Counted from the first letter of the stretch, positions 50,042 through 60,101 are shown. The stretch is DNA of 64,000 nt from Verrucomicrobiota bacterium (GCA_039798785.1 JBDKFG010000019.1:1-64000); one strand, 5' to 3'. A program made the numbers and translations. Notes: generated by a model not told the origin, from the letters alone.

Positions 50042-50839
50042 ATGAAAAGCATCGCCGCCGCCCTCGGCCTCCTCGGCCTCGCCGCCGTCCCCGCCTCTTC
50101 GCCCGCCCCCACTTACGAAGGCATCACCCGCCCCAGCTCCGACATCTCGATGGCCTTCGCCCGCCCCGGGATCATCTCGGAGATCAATGTCAAGGAAGGT
50201 GACACTGTCACCAAGGGCCAGATCCTCGCCAAGCAGAACAGCTCGGTCGAGGAGGCGAAACGGCTGCAATATGAGAAGGCTCAGAGCAGCACCTCGCTCC
50301 TCGACAAGGCCAAGGCCGAGCTCGGCCAGAAGATCAAGGACGTCGCCCACATGGAGGATGCCCTGAAGCAGGGCGCCTGCACCCAGAAGGAGGTCGAATA
50401 CGCCCGCCTCGACGTGCGCAAGGCCGAGCTTGAAGTCCAGAAGGCGCAGCAGGATCTCGACATGGCCGGCCTGCAGGCCAAGGAAGTCGAGGCGACGATC
50501 AAGCAGATGAGCCTGATCGCCACGGTCGACGGCATAGCCGAGCGCGTCGACATCGACGCCGGCGAGTCGCCGGAGTCGGGCAAGGAGGCGATCCGCCTGG
50601 TCAACATCAATCCGCTCTGGGTCGAAGTGCCGATTCCGGCCCGCGTCGCCGCCGGCCTGAAGCCGGGCGCCGCATTGAAGGTCTTCTTCGGCGACGGCAA
50701 GCTGGTCCGGGAAGGCAAGGTGATTTTCGTCTCTCCGGTCGCCGACTCCGCCTCGGAGCTGGTTCGCGTCAAGGCCGAAGTCGCCAACCAGGAGCTTCGC
50801 CCGGTGGGTGAACGGGTCCGCGTCGAGGTCCTGCCGTGA
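50042..50839 (+). CDS. Periplasmic adaptor (MFP/HlyD family) with signal peptide
   Basis: GIISEINVKEGDTVTKGQILA, coiled coil, IATVDGI, SPVADSAS. Confidence 0.9.
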   Translation: MKSIAAALGLLGLAAVPASSPAPTYEGITRPSSDISMAFARPGIISEINVKEGDTVTKGQILAKQNSSVEEAKRLQYEKAQSSTSLLDKAKAELGQKIKDVAHMEDALKQGACTQKEVEYARLDVRKAELEVQKAQQDLDMAGLQAKEVEATIKQMSLIATVDGIAERVDIDAGESPESGKEAIRLVNINPLWVEVPIPARVAAGLKPGAALKVFFGDGKLVREGKVIFVSPVADSASELVRVKAEVANQELRPVGERVRVEVLP

Positions 50840-52818
50840 GCTCGAACACGCCTTCTCCCGAGCCTAAGTCCGAGGTCAAGTCCAGCCCGGCCTCTACGGT
50901 GCCGAAACCGGCGGCGACCAAGGCCGGGCCGAAGCCCGAGTCCGCCGCCAGTCTCAGCGCCGCTCCTGCGCCCACGGCTGCGCCCGCCCCCGTTGTCGCC
51001 TACCCCCAGCTCGAAGCCCTGCGCCAGTTCGCCGGCAATCCCAAGGACTACCTCGGCATCCTCCTCGAATTCGTCGCGGCGGTGCGCCAGGTCGATGGCG
51101 CCCTCTTCGTCAAGATCGGCGCCGAAGGCGCTACCGTCGCCCACCGCTGGACCGGCGGCGGGACTTCCTGGTTGATGCCGCTGGAACCGGCGATCCTCGA
51201 AAAGGCGATGCAGGTGATGAAGCTGCGCCGTCCGGTGCAGCTCGCCATCGGCGACGGCCAGGCCCGCTCCTACGCCGACATCCGCGGCTTCGCCGACCCC
51301 CGCCGCGGCATCGTCCTCGCCTTGATCAGCCGCAAGCCCTTCCTCGGCCCCCAGGACGGCGGCGACTGGCTCCTCGATTACGCCTCCGGCCTGCTCGACC
51401 ACTACGAAGCCCGCATGACCCTCGCCAACCGGACCCAGGCGATGGAGCGGATGAAGCATGTCTTCAACACCTTCGTCGAGGTCAACCGCCAGGAGCATTT
51501 CGCCGGCCTCTCACTCGCCTTCTGCAACAAGATCGCGGTGGAGTGGAACTGCGAAAGGGTCAGCCTTGGCCTTGCCAAGGGCCGCAACGTCCAGGTCAAG
51601 TCGATCAGCATGACCGAGAACTTCACCCGCAAGATGAAGCTCGTCCTGGATCTCGAAGCGGCGATGGAGGAGGCTTTCGACCAGGACCGCGAAATCATCT
51701 TCCCCGCCCTGCGCGACGCCCCCTACTCCTCCCGCTTTCATGAAGAATTCTCCAAGTCTTACGGACACGTCTCGGTCCTCTCCCTGCCTCTGCGCGACCG
51801 CGACAAGGTCCTCGGCGTCGTCCTCCTTGAACGATCGAAGGAGAACCCCATCACTCCCAAGGATGTCGAGACCTTGCGACTTGCCTGCGACCTGGTGACG
51901 CCCCGCCTGGTCGACCTGAAGCGCACCGACGGCTTCCTCCGCCGCCGTTGGGCCGAGTTGCGCGACCGCCCTCTGGAAACTCTCTTCGGGCCGAAATATT
52001 CCGCCGTCAAGTTCACCGCCCTCGTCACCGCTCTGGTGATCGTCTTCTTCGCCTTGTACAGGACCGAGTTCCAGCCCGAGGCGAAGTTCCGCATCGAAGT
52101 GAGCGACCGGGTCGACATCGTCTCTCCTGAAAAAGGGGTGATCGAGCGCGTCCATGTCAAGCCGGGCGACAAGGTGAAGAAGGGCCAGGTCCTGGTCGAG
52201 CTCGACCGCAGCGAGATCTTCGAGAAGGTGCAATCGCTGCGCTACGAGATGATCTCCTTCGAGAAGGAGGCCAGCGTCGCCCGCGAGAAGGGCAAGTACG
52301 CCGAAATCCAGCTGGCCGAGGCCAAGCTCGAGAAGTGCCGCCATGAATACCAGCTCAATCAGCTCAAGCTCGAGCGACTGATCATCACCGCCCCGATCGA
52401 CGGCACCATCATCTCCGAAGAGGATCTCAGCCGCCTATCCAAGCCTTCTGTCGATATCGGGCAGGCGCTGTTCACCATCGGCTCGCCCGGCAAGATGGAG
52501 GCGGTCCTGGAAGTCAACGAAGGCGAGATCACGTATCTCTTTCCGGACCAGAAGGGCGAGCTCTCCACCCTCGCCTATCCTGATCGCCGCATCGGTTTCC
52601 GCGTCACCTCGATCAGCCCGATCGCAGCGGTGAAGAACCAGGACAATTCCTTCCGGGTCAAAGGGAGGATCGAACCGAGCGCGGTCGACGGCGGCAGCAT
52701 CGACTGGCTCAAGCCCGGCATGGAAGGCGTCGCCCGTGTCGACGCCGGACAGGAACTGCTCATCTGGATCTGGACCCGCAAGGGAATCAACTGGCTGCGC
52801 AGCAAGCTGTGGATTTGA
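50836..52818 (+). CDS. GAF-domain + TM + HlyD-type membrane fusion protein
   Basis: CERVSLG, AAMEEAFDQ, LSLPL...LGVVLLER (GAF); TM FTALVTALVIVFFALY; VHVKPGDKVKKGQVL; APIDGTII; LKPGMEGVAR. GTGA overlap with the upstream gene. Confidence 0.9.
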   Translation: MSSNTPSPEPKSEVKSSPASTVPKPAATKAGPKPESAASLSAAPAPTAAPAPVVAYPQLEALRQFAGNPKDYLGILLEFVAAVRQVDGALFVKIGAEGATVAHRWTGGGTSWLMPLEPAILEKAMQVMKLRRPVQLAIGDGQARSYADIRGFADPRRGIVLALISRKPFLGPQDGGDWLLDYASGLLDHYEARMTLANRTQAMERMKHVFNTFVEVNRQEHFAGLSLAFCNKIAVEWNCERVSLGLAKGRNVQVKSISMTENFTRKMKLVLDLEAAMEEAFDQDREIIFPALRDAPYSSRFHEEFSKSYGHVSVLSLPLRDRDKVLGVVLLERSKENPITPKDVETLRLACDLVTPRLVDLKRTDGFLRRRWAELRDRPLETLFGPKYSAVKFTALVTALVIVFFALYRTEFQPEAKFRIEVSDRVDIVSPEKGVIERVHVKPGDKVKKGQVLVELDRSEIFEKVQSLRYEMISFEKEASVAREKGKYAEIQLAEAKLEKCRHEYQLNQLKLERLIITAPIDGTIISEEDLSRLSKPSVDIGQALFTIGSPGKMEAVLEVNEGEITYLFPDQKGELSTLAYPDRRIGFRVTSISPIAAVKNQDNSFRVKGRIEPSAVDGGSIDWLKPGMEGVARVDAGQELLIWIWTRKGINWLRSKLWI

Positions 52819-52828
52819 GCTGGAGAGG

Positions 52829-52924
52829 AGGTCGAAAGGTTGATAAGGTTGAAATGCGAGCAACCAAACAACCTTCCAGCCGCCTAGCTCCTGCAGCTGC
52901 GTTCCAACCTTTCAAACTTCCAAC
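52829..52924. repeat. Degenerate GAAAGGTT inverted-repeat element
   Basis: aggtcgaaaggttgataaggttgaaa ... tccaacctttcaaacttccaac. Confidence 0.7.
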
Positions 52925-52939
52925 TCCCTAAGTTGCCCC

Positions 52940-55126
52940 ATGCGCGAAAACACCTATCACGAGTCCTGGTACAAGGTCGAGGCGATGCGCGTCCGGCTTT
53001 CCCCCGGCCTTGAAGTCATCCGCCAGAAGTACCGCAAGCAGATCTGGTTCGTCATCCAGGACCGCGGCAACAACAGCTTCTTCCGGGTCAACAGCAGCGG
53101 CTGGTACTTCGTCTCCCTGCTCGACGGACGCCGCAGCATCGGCGAAGCCTGGAACCTCGCCTCTGAATGCCTCGGCGACGCCGCCCCGACCCAGCCCGAG
53201 GCGATCCGCATCCTCGGCCAGCTCTTCAACAACAACCTCCTCCTCTCCGACATCCCCCCCGATGTCGCGGAACTGCTGCGCCGCTACGATTCGCGCGTCT
53301 CCCGCCAGATCCAGACCTACCTGAAGAACATCCTCTTCGCCAAGATCCCCCTGCTCGATCCCGACGAGATCCTCGAGCGCGGTGCCGGCCTCGCCCGGAT
53401 CTTCTTCTCCAAGGCCTGGGTGATCGCCGCCAGCCTGATCGGACTTTTCACGGTCTTCCTGCTCCTGGAAGACAGCAGGAAACTGATGGGCGAGAGCCAG
53501 AGCGAGGGGATGTTCTCCCCCGGCAACATCTTCATCATGTACGTCATCTTCGTCGTCTCCAAGCTGATCCACGAGTTCAGCCACGGCTTCGCCTGCAAGA
53601 TCCTCGGCCAGGCCAACGGACGTCAAGGGGAAGTGCACCAGATGGGGATCAACCTGATGCTCCTCACTCCCGTCCCCTACGTCGACTGCTCCAGCTCCTG
53701 GGCCCTGAAATCGAAATGCCAACGAGCCTTCATCGCCGGCGCCGGCATGTACGCCGAACTGCACCTGGCGATCCTCGCCGCCTTCGTCTGGATGGGCAGC
53801 TCCGACCACTCTCTCGCCCACAGCATCGCCTACAACGTCATGTTCGTCTGCTCGGTCACCACCGTCCTCTTCAACATCAACCCCTTGATGCGCTTCGACG
53901 GCTACTACATCCTCGCCGACCTGCTCGAAATCCCCAACCTCGCGACCCGCTCCAACAAGCTCTTCCTCGACACCATGAAGCGCCATGTCCTCGGCTGCAA
54001 CAAACTGCCCCCTCCCACCGGCGACCGGGTTGAACGCGCCATCCTGATGACCTATGCGCCCCTGGCCTTCCTGATGCGACTGGTGGTCTTCGGCGGCATC
54101 TTCTTCACCCTCTATCACTTCCTGCCCCTTCTCGGGCTCTTCATGATCAGCTGCTGGATCTTCGCCATGCTGGTCAAGCCAGTGTGGAGCTACTTCAGCT
54201 ATCTCCGCAAATCGCCGGAACTGCGCGATTGCCGCGGCCGTGCCTGGGCGGTCAGCTCAGCCGCCACCCTCGCGCTGCTTTTCCTCCTCGGAGGCATCAA
54301 TGTCCCGGACCGGATCCGCGTCGACGCCGTCGCCGAGCCCCTCGATTATGCGGATATCCACATGCTCAGCGACGGTTTTGTCGACAGTTTCCATCCCGAT
54401 GCCGCCCCGGTCAGCGCCGGCGCGCCGCTCCTGCGCGCCTCGAATCCCAACCTCGAAGCCGAACTGAAGAGCACCGCAGCACGCGTCGCCGAGCTCCAGG
54501 TCGAGCGCAACATCGCCTTCGAGAAGGATCTCGCCAAAGCGCAGATTCTCGACGACCAGATCGCCTTCTACAAGGAGCGTTGCGATGAACTCCGCCGCCG
54601 CCTCGGCGAGCTGGTCATCCCGGCCCCTTTCGAGGGCGTCTGGATGCTGCCTGACGAGGCACTCAGCCTCCAGGGCCGTTTCTTCCAGCAAGGCCAGAAG
54701 GTCGGAGCGGTCTCCTCCCGCAGGATCCTCATCCGCGGCATCGCCACCCAGGAGCAGGCCGGCCGGCTGATCGAGGAATTCGATCTCCGGGGCGAGAAGA
54801 ATTGCCGCTTCCGGGTCCGTGGCGCCCCCGATCTGCAAAGCGAAGACTGCCGGGTAGTCAAGATCCTGCCGGCCGGGGTCGAGAAACTCCCTTCCGCTTC
54901 GCTGGGCTTCGGCGGCGGCGGCGACGTCGCCATCGACCAGCAGGAGAAGTCGGGCATGAAAACGGTGGAGCGCCACTTCGAGGTGCACGTCGCACCGGGC
55001 GAGCAGCTGCCTGATTGGTTGAAACCCGGGCAGCGTATCAGCCTTCAGCTCGACATGGAAGACAAGCCGGCGGCGCAGCTGCTGTATCTCTGGGTGCGCC
55101 AGGTCTTCCTCAAAAATCTCAGCTGA
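52940..55126 (+). CDS. PqqD/RRE-like domain + M50 (site-2) intramembrane metalloprotease + HlyD-type adaptor fusion
   Basis: N-terminal FFRV....FVSLLDGRRSIGE (PqqD-like); IHEFSHG (HExxH); FNINPLMRFDGYYIL (NPxxxxDG); several TMs; C-terminal coiled coil and APFEG. Confidence 0.88.
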   Translation: MRENTYHESWYKVEAMRVRLSPGLEVIRQKYRKQIWFVIQDRGNNSFFRVNSSGWYFVSLLDGRRSIGEAWNLASECLGDAAPTQPEAIRILGQLFNNNLLLSDIPPDVAELLRRYDSRVSRQIQTYLKNILFAKIPLLDPDEILERGAGLARIFFSKAWVIAASLIGLFTVFLLLEDSRKLMGESQSEGMFSPGNIFIMYVIFVVSKLIHEFSHGFACKILGQANGRQGEVHQMGINLMLLTPVPYVDCSSSWALKSKCQRAFIAGAGMYAELHLAILAAFVWMGSSDHSLAHSIAYNVMFVCSVTTVLFNINPLMRFDGYYILADLLEIPNLATRSNKLFLDTMKRHVLGCNKLPPPTGDRVERAILMTYAPLAFLMRLVVFGGIFFTLYHFLPLLGLFMISCWIFAMLVKPVWSYFSYLRKSPELRDCRGRAWAVSSAATLALLFLLGGINVPDRIRVDAVAEPLDYADIHMLSDGFVDSFHPDAAPVSAGAPLLRASNPNLEAELKSTAARVAELQVERNIAFEKDLAKAQILDDQIAFYKERCDELRRRLGELVIPAPFEGVWMLPDEALSLQGRFFQQGQKVGAVSSRRILIRGIATQEQAGRLIEEFDLRGEKNCRFRVRGAPDLQSEDCRVVKILPAGVEKLPSASLGFGGGGDVAIDQQEKSGMKTVERHFEVHVAPGEQLPDWLKPGQRISLQLDMEDKPAAQLLYLWVRQVFLKNLS

Positions 55127-55212
55127 AGCGCAGAAGGGCGCTTGTAACATCCTGCCCCGGACGGGAACGACTGGGAGGAAAGCCCGTCCCAGTGAGATCC
55201 CAGGAGCCCCCC

Positions 55213-57867
55213 ATGCGCCTTGCCATCCCGTCCAGCTTCCTTGCTCTGCTTCTTTCTCAGCCTCTCGCCGCCGCCGATTGGCCGGAGGCGGGCGCCGATT
55301 CCAGCCGCAGCGCGAAGGCGGCGGAGGAGCTCAAAGGCCCCCTCGGCCAGCTCTGGTCGATGGAGACGGGCCGCCCCGCCCCCTCCTTCCCTGAGGCCGG
55401 ACGCAGCGACTTCTGGCGCAACCAGGTCGGCACATTGAAATCCCGCACCATCTTCGACCTGGCGCCACAACCGGTCCTCGCCGCCGGACGCCTCTATCTC
55501 TGCGGCTCTCATGACGACGCGCTGCGCTGCCTCGACGCCGCCACCGGCAAGGAGCTCTGGCGCTTCACCGCCGAGGGGCCCTTGCGCTGCGCCCCGCTAC
55601 TCGCCGATGGCAAGGTCTATTTCGGCGGCGACGACGGCTGGCTGCGCTGTCTCGATGCCGCAAGTGGCGAACTTGTGTGGGAGACGGCACCGCCCAGTCC
55701 GGACCTGATCATCGGCAACGGACGATTCATTTCGCTCCACGCCATCCGCTGCGGCCTGATCCGGGTCGGCGGCAAGTTCTGCGCCGGGTCCGGTCTCTTC
55801 CCCGGCGAGGCCTGCCGCTGGTTCAGCTTCGATCCCAAGACCGGCAAGATCCTTGATGAAAGGAAGCTGGATGCTCCGGCGCAGGGCTACCCGGTGCTGC
55901 GCAACGGCGAGGCCTTCCTGCCCACCGGCAATGACGCCAAGGGAAGGACCGAGAAGATCGATGGCGCCGCCCCCGGCGACAAGGAGGCGACGCCGCCGAA
56001 GGGCGCCTGCGCCGTCGTCCATGTCGGCTCGCGGCGCTTCATCGGCCGTGCCGGAGGCGTCGCCGAAATCGATGCGAGGGACAAGGAGATCTGGTCGGCT
56101 TCGATGCGCGGCAGCGTCCGCGGCCTGGCCTTTTCCGATGGGCGCCTGATCGCAGTGAGCGACTCCGGCCAGGTTTCCGCTTTCGGGCCGAAGGGCCGCT
56201 CCGTCGTCAAGACGAAGACTGCCGAGCTGCCGCCGCCCGAGATGGCCGACGCGATTCCCAGCTCATACACACTGGTCCTGCCGGGCTGTGATCCTGTCGC
56301 CGCCAATAAGCTCCTGCCATCCGGCGGCCGCGGCATCTTCCTCGCCGCCGACGCAGAGGGGGAGAGGCGCCTCCGCCCCGCCCTGTCCCCGGCGGCCTCG
56401 CTGATCCGTCAGCGTGGCGCCGCCCTGCCCGCCTTCCGCAAGGGCAGTTTCGACCTCGTCGTCGCCCCTGCGGCGAGTCCCGAGCTCCTCGCCCTGCTCG
56501 TGCCAGGCAGCGGCCGGCTGGTCAATGCCCAGGGCGCCGAGCTCGGCCGCAAGCCCGTGGCAGAGGGGGTCGGCTCCTGGTCGGGACTCTACGCCGACGC
56601 CGGCAACAGCGGCTGTTCGCAGGACCGGCTCGCCGGCACCGATCTGGTGCCGCAGTGGTTCGGGGCCCCGGGGCCCGCCGCGATGATCGACCGCCATCTT
56701 CGGGCCCAGCCCGCCGTAGCCGGCGGGGGCTTGATGCTCATCCCCGGTCACGAAGAGATCTTCTGCCTGAACGCCTGGAACGGAGCCCTTCTCTGGCGCC
56801 GGAAATTTCCCGACTTCGCCCGTGTCGCCGCCCTGCGCGACAGCAGCGCCTTGGCTCTTGCCGGCGGCCGTCTCGCTCTCGCCAGCGGCGGCAAGGCCCT
56901 GCTTATCGACGCCCGCAGCGGCAAGTCGGAGAAGTCCTTCAGTGCCGGCGGCGGCGACTGGGACTACATCGCCTGGCATCAGGGCGCCCTGTACGGGTCA
57001 AGCGCCGAGAAGGGAGCCATCCGCCGCAAGGCGGAGAAGGCGGTGATCTACGACGGCGGTTACACCGACAACCAGAAGAACATTCTGTCGACCAGTCTCT
57101 TCGCCTTCGCGGCCGACGGACGTGCCTTGTGGCGTCGCTCTTCCAAGGGTGCGATCCCGACGCCTTCGATCTGCCTCTTGGGCGGGCGTCTTTTCTGCAT
57201 CGAGGCGGGAGTCAAGGTGGACGAGGGCAAGAAGGCCTTCAAGGGGCGGGCCGCGATCAGCTCGATCGCCGCCGCCAGGCCCCATCTGCTGGCACTCGAC
57301 GCCAAGACCGGCAAGGAGATCTTCCGACTGCCGGTGGAAATCCCCGCCACCGCCCAGACCTGCTACCTGCTCGGAGGTCCGGGGGAAGGCGGTCCTGTAC
57401 TCCTTTCCACTTCCTTCAATGAGGGCGGCAAGGTGCGCTACCGTCTCGTCGCCTATTCCCGAGCCGAGGGCAAGGAGCTGTGGCGCCAGCAGGTCGACAC
57501 CGGTTTCGATCCCAACATGGAGCATGGCGAGCAGGACCGCCACCCCCTGGTGATCGGCGACCTGGTCTTCGCCGAACCGGCCTTCTTCAATCTCAACGAC
57601 GGCAAGCCCAGCCCCGGCCCCGCCTTCTCCCGCGGCTACGGCTGCGGCAACGCCAGCGCCTCGGCGACGGCGCTTTTCTTCCGCAGCGGCGGACTCGGGG
57701 TTTGCGATCTCAGCGCCCGCAAGACCCTGAGCATCAATCCCGCCTCCCGGGCCGGCTGCTGGATCAACATGATCCCTGCCGATGGCCTGCTGCTCGTGCC
57801 GGAAGCCAGTTCAGGCTGCATCTGCAACTTCGCCCTTCAGAGCTCGATGGCCTTCGCTCCGAGATGA
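55213..57867 (+). CDS. Secreted PQQ-like beta-propeller repeat protein (BamB-like, two propeller regions)
   Basis: Signal peptide, ADWP, CLDAATGKELWRF, ALDAKTGKEIF, GCG...FFRSG, RAGCWINMIPADGLLLVPEASSGCIC. Confidence 0.85.
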   Translation: MRLAIPSSFLALLLSQPLAAADWPEAGADSSRSAKAAEELKGPLGQLWSMETGRPAPSFPEAGRSDFWRNQVGTLKSRTIFDLAPQPVLAAGRLYLCGSHDDALRCLDAATGKELWRFTAEGPLRCAPLLADGKVYFGGDDGWLRCLDAASGELVWETAPPSPDLIIGNGRFISLHAIRCGLIRVGGKFCAGSGLFPGEACRWFSFDPKTGKILDERKLDAPAQGYPVLRNGEAFLPTGNDAKGRTEKIDGAAPGDKEATPPKGACAVVHVGSRRFIGRAGGVAEIDARDKEIWSASMRGSVRGLAFSDGRLIAVSDSGQVSAFGPKGRSVVKTKTAELPPPEMADAIPSSYTLVLPGCDPVAANKLLPSGGRGIFLAADAEGERRLRPALSPAASLIRQRGAALPAFRKGSFDLVVAPAASPELLALLVPGSGRLVNAQGAELGRKPVAEGVGSWSGLYADAGNSGCSQDRLAGTDLVPQWFGAPGPAAMIDRHLRAQPAVAGGGLMLIPGHEEIFCLNAWNGALLWRRKFPDFARVAALRDSSALALAGGRLALASGGKALLIDARSGKSEKSFSAGGGDWDYIAWHQGALYGSSAEKGAIRRKAEKAVIYDGGYTDNQKNILSTSLFAFAADGRALWRRSSKGAIPTPSICLLGGRLFCIEAGVKVDEGKKAFKGRAAISSIAAARPHLLALDAKTGKEIFRLPVEIPATAQTCYLLGGPGEGGPVLLSTSFNEGGKVRYRLVAYSRAEGKELWRQQVDTGFDPNMEHGEQDRHPLVIGDLVFAEPAFFNLNDGKPSPGPAFSRGYGCGNASASATALFFRSGGLGVCDLSARKTLSINPASRAGCWINMIPADGLLLVPEASSGCICNFALQSSMAFAPR

Positions 57868-57910
57868 GCCTTTCCCGGAGTGAGACTGGGCTCTTGATTG
57901 GCCCACAGAT

Positions 57911-57940
57911 CAGGGGCCGAGACTTCCGTCGCGGCCCCTG
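57911..57940. terminator. Hairpin between convergent genes
   Basis: caggggccg/cggcccctg stem. Confidence 0.55.
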
Positions 57941-57967
57941 AAACCTGAAACAGCTTTGGGACGGAGG

Positions 57968-60013
57968 TCAGTTTTTCGGCATGTCGAAGATTTTCTCGTC
58001 AAGCTCGGGGTTGAGTTCCATCTTGGTGACGCGGGCCTTCATGACGCTGCCGCTGGAGACGGAGATCATCCGGATGGCACTGGGGTAGACCACGCCGCTG
58101 GGGTGGGTGGTGAATTCGTCGATGATGGTCTGGGCGTGCTCTTCGCCTTCGGGCGAGACTTCCCAGGAGTCTTCTCCGATGGGGAGGAAGGTCTTCGGGT
58201 CGATGAAGCTCTTGCTGTCTTTTTCGCCGGCGCGCTTCATGATCAGGACGAGCGCCTCTTTGTCGTTGAACTTCTCGGGCTTGCCGAGCTCGACCGAGTC
58301 GTAGTTGTAGGCCGGGTCGGAGAGGCCGCGAAGCTTGCCGTCGAGCGCCTGGTTGAGTTCGGCTCCTTCGAGGGTGCGGAGGCCGTGGAAGGGGTCCTTG
58401 CTCCAGGCCTGGCGGCCGTCGTAGCCGTTCTGCATCTTCATGCTGCCGAACTCGGTGTGGGAAAGGGTTCTGTCTCCGGAGAGCCAGGACTTCGAGTTGG
58501 CAGTGAGGGCCTGACCGACGATCTCGATGGCGGTCTCGGTGTGGACCGTCTTGACGTCCTTAAGATTGTCGACTCCCTGGGCGGCAAGGGTTTTTCGGTA
58601 CAGCTCTTCGGCGCCGGGGCCGAAGGTGACGGCTTTGCGGGCGCCGGCTTCCTTCAGCGTTTCGTCGGCCTTGGCTTCCTGGGCGGAATTGCGGGCCAGG
58701 ATCTCGGCCTTTTTCGCCTCGTACTCCTTCAGGACCAACTCCTCGGCGGCAGCGAGCTGCATGTCGCCTTTCTCGCGCAGGCCGGCGAGGCTGAGCTTGA
58801 CTTCGAGGTCGGGCTTGACCCCCTGCCCTTCGATCAAGGTGCCGTCAGTGAGGCGGTAGTCGGAGGTCGGGTATTGCAGGCGGGCTCCGCCTTTCAGGTC
58901 GGTGATCAGGGAGGCGAGGACGGCTCCGGCGGTGGTGGTGCCGACGATTTTCGCCCGCCCTGCCTTCTGCAGGCCGCCGGCGAAGATCTCGGAGGTGGAG
59001 GCGCTGCCGCCGTCGGTGAGGACGACCACCGGGCCGTTGAAGGTGCGGCGGGCGGGGATGACCGGGAAGGTGTTGGTGTTTTCACGCGAAGCGCTGGTGC
59101 CGAGGCTGATCTTTTCGGCGCAGATCTCCTTGGCGAGGCCGCAGGCGAGCATGCCGAGGCCGCCGGGATTGCCGCGCAGGTCGATGATCAGGCCCTTGCG
59201 GCCGCGGTTCTCCTGGATCGCCTTGACCGCCTTGCTCGCCATGCCGGGGAGCCAGGTGCCGAAGTGGATGTAGAGGACGCCGGAATCGAGGATGCGGTCT
59301 TCGTAGACGGCGGCGTCCTGGACGTGGCCGAAGGATTCGCCGCCCTTGCGCCATACCGGCAGGCGGAATTTCAGCTTGGTGCCGGCGTCGGCGCCGCCGC
59401 CGATCAGCTCGGGAGTGTTGTTGCCCCAGCGATGCAGATAGGCTTCGATGCGCCGCTCTCCGTCCTTGTCGCCTTCAGGGATCAAATCCTGCGGCTTGAT
59501 GCCATCGATGGTCTCGACTTGGAATCCATGCTTCAGACCGGCCTTGGCGGCGGGGCTGCCGGCGGTCACCGATGTGACCGCCCAGACTCCTTCGACCATG
59601 CCGAGGGAGAAGCCGGGATCGCGGGGGGTGAAGCCGATGACGCTTTGGGGGCTGACCTTGGGCTGGGCTTCCTTGTCGCCGCCCATGCCCGGGACGCTGA
59701 GGTTGATGTGGCTGTGGCCGAGCTTGGCGATCAGGGCCTGCATCGCGGCGTAGCGTTCCGAGGGGGTCTTGCCGGCCCGGATGGCGGCGCGGGTGGCTTC
59801 GACCTCCTTCTTCCAGTCGAGGCCGTGGTATTTGACGTCGTAATAGCCCTTGTCGAGGACGGAGATCATGTCGTCGAAGGTGGCCATCTCGGCCGGTTCT
59901 CCGGGCTTGGCGGCTTCGCCAGGCGCGCCGTCGAAGTCGGGTTCGGCTTCGGCCCGGGCGAGGCCGGCGGGGAGGATGAAGGCGGCGAGCAGGCTGGCGA
60001 GGAATCGGTTCAT
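57968..60013 (-). CDS. S41-family peptidase with PDZ domain and a C-terminal LolA/DUF620-like beta domain
   Basis: Signal peptide, LGHSH, GSPAAKAGLK (PDZ), LIIDLRGNPGG, SASTSE, IVGTTTAG, EGQGVKPD; tail GYDGRQAWSKDP...NPELDEKIF. Confidence 0.88.
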   Translation of the reverse strand: MNRFLASLLAAFILPAGLARAEAEPDFDGAPGEAAKPGEPAEMATFDDMISVLDKGYYDVKYHGLDWKKEVEATRAAIRAGKTPSERYAAMQALIAKLGHSHINLSVPGMGGDKEAQPKVSPQSVIGFTPRDPGFSLGMVEGVWAVTSVTAGSPAAKAGLKHGFQVETIDGIKPQDLIPEGDKDGERRIEAYLHRWGNNTPELIGGGADAGTKLKFRLPVWRKGGESFGHVQDAAVYEDRILDSGVLYIHFGTWLPGMASKAVKAIQENRGRKGLIIDLRGNPGGLGMLACGLAKEICAEKISLGTSASRENTNTFPVIPARRTFNGPVVVLTDGGSASTSEIFAGGLQKAGRAKIVGTTTAGAVLASLITDLKGGARLQYPTSDYRLTDGTLIEGQGVKPDLEVKLSLAGLREKGDMQLAAAEELVLKEYEAKKAEILARNSAQEAKADETLKEAGARKAVTFGPGAEELYRKTLAAQGVDNLKDVKTVHTETAIEIVGQALTANSKSWLSGDRTLSHTEFGSMKMQNGYDGRQAWSKDPFHGLRTLEGAELNQALDGKLRGLSDPAYNYDSVELGKPEKFNDKEALVLIMKRAGEKDSKSFIDPKTFLPIGEDSWEVSPEGEEHAQTIIDEFTTHPSGVVYPSAIRMISVSSGSVMKARVTKMELNPELDEKIFDMPKN

Positions 60014-60101
60014 CGGGAGCTTCCTGTTTGGGATTGCGGACTGGGCAAGATGACGCGTCGTCGCGACGGAATACGCATCGTCCGGCACGGATTTGACGGA
60101 T

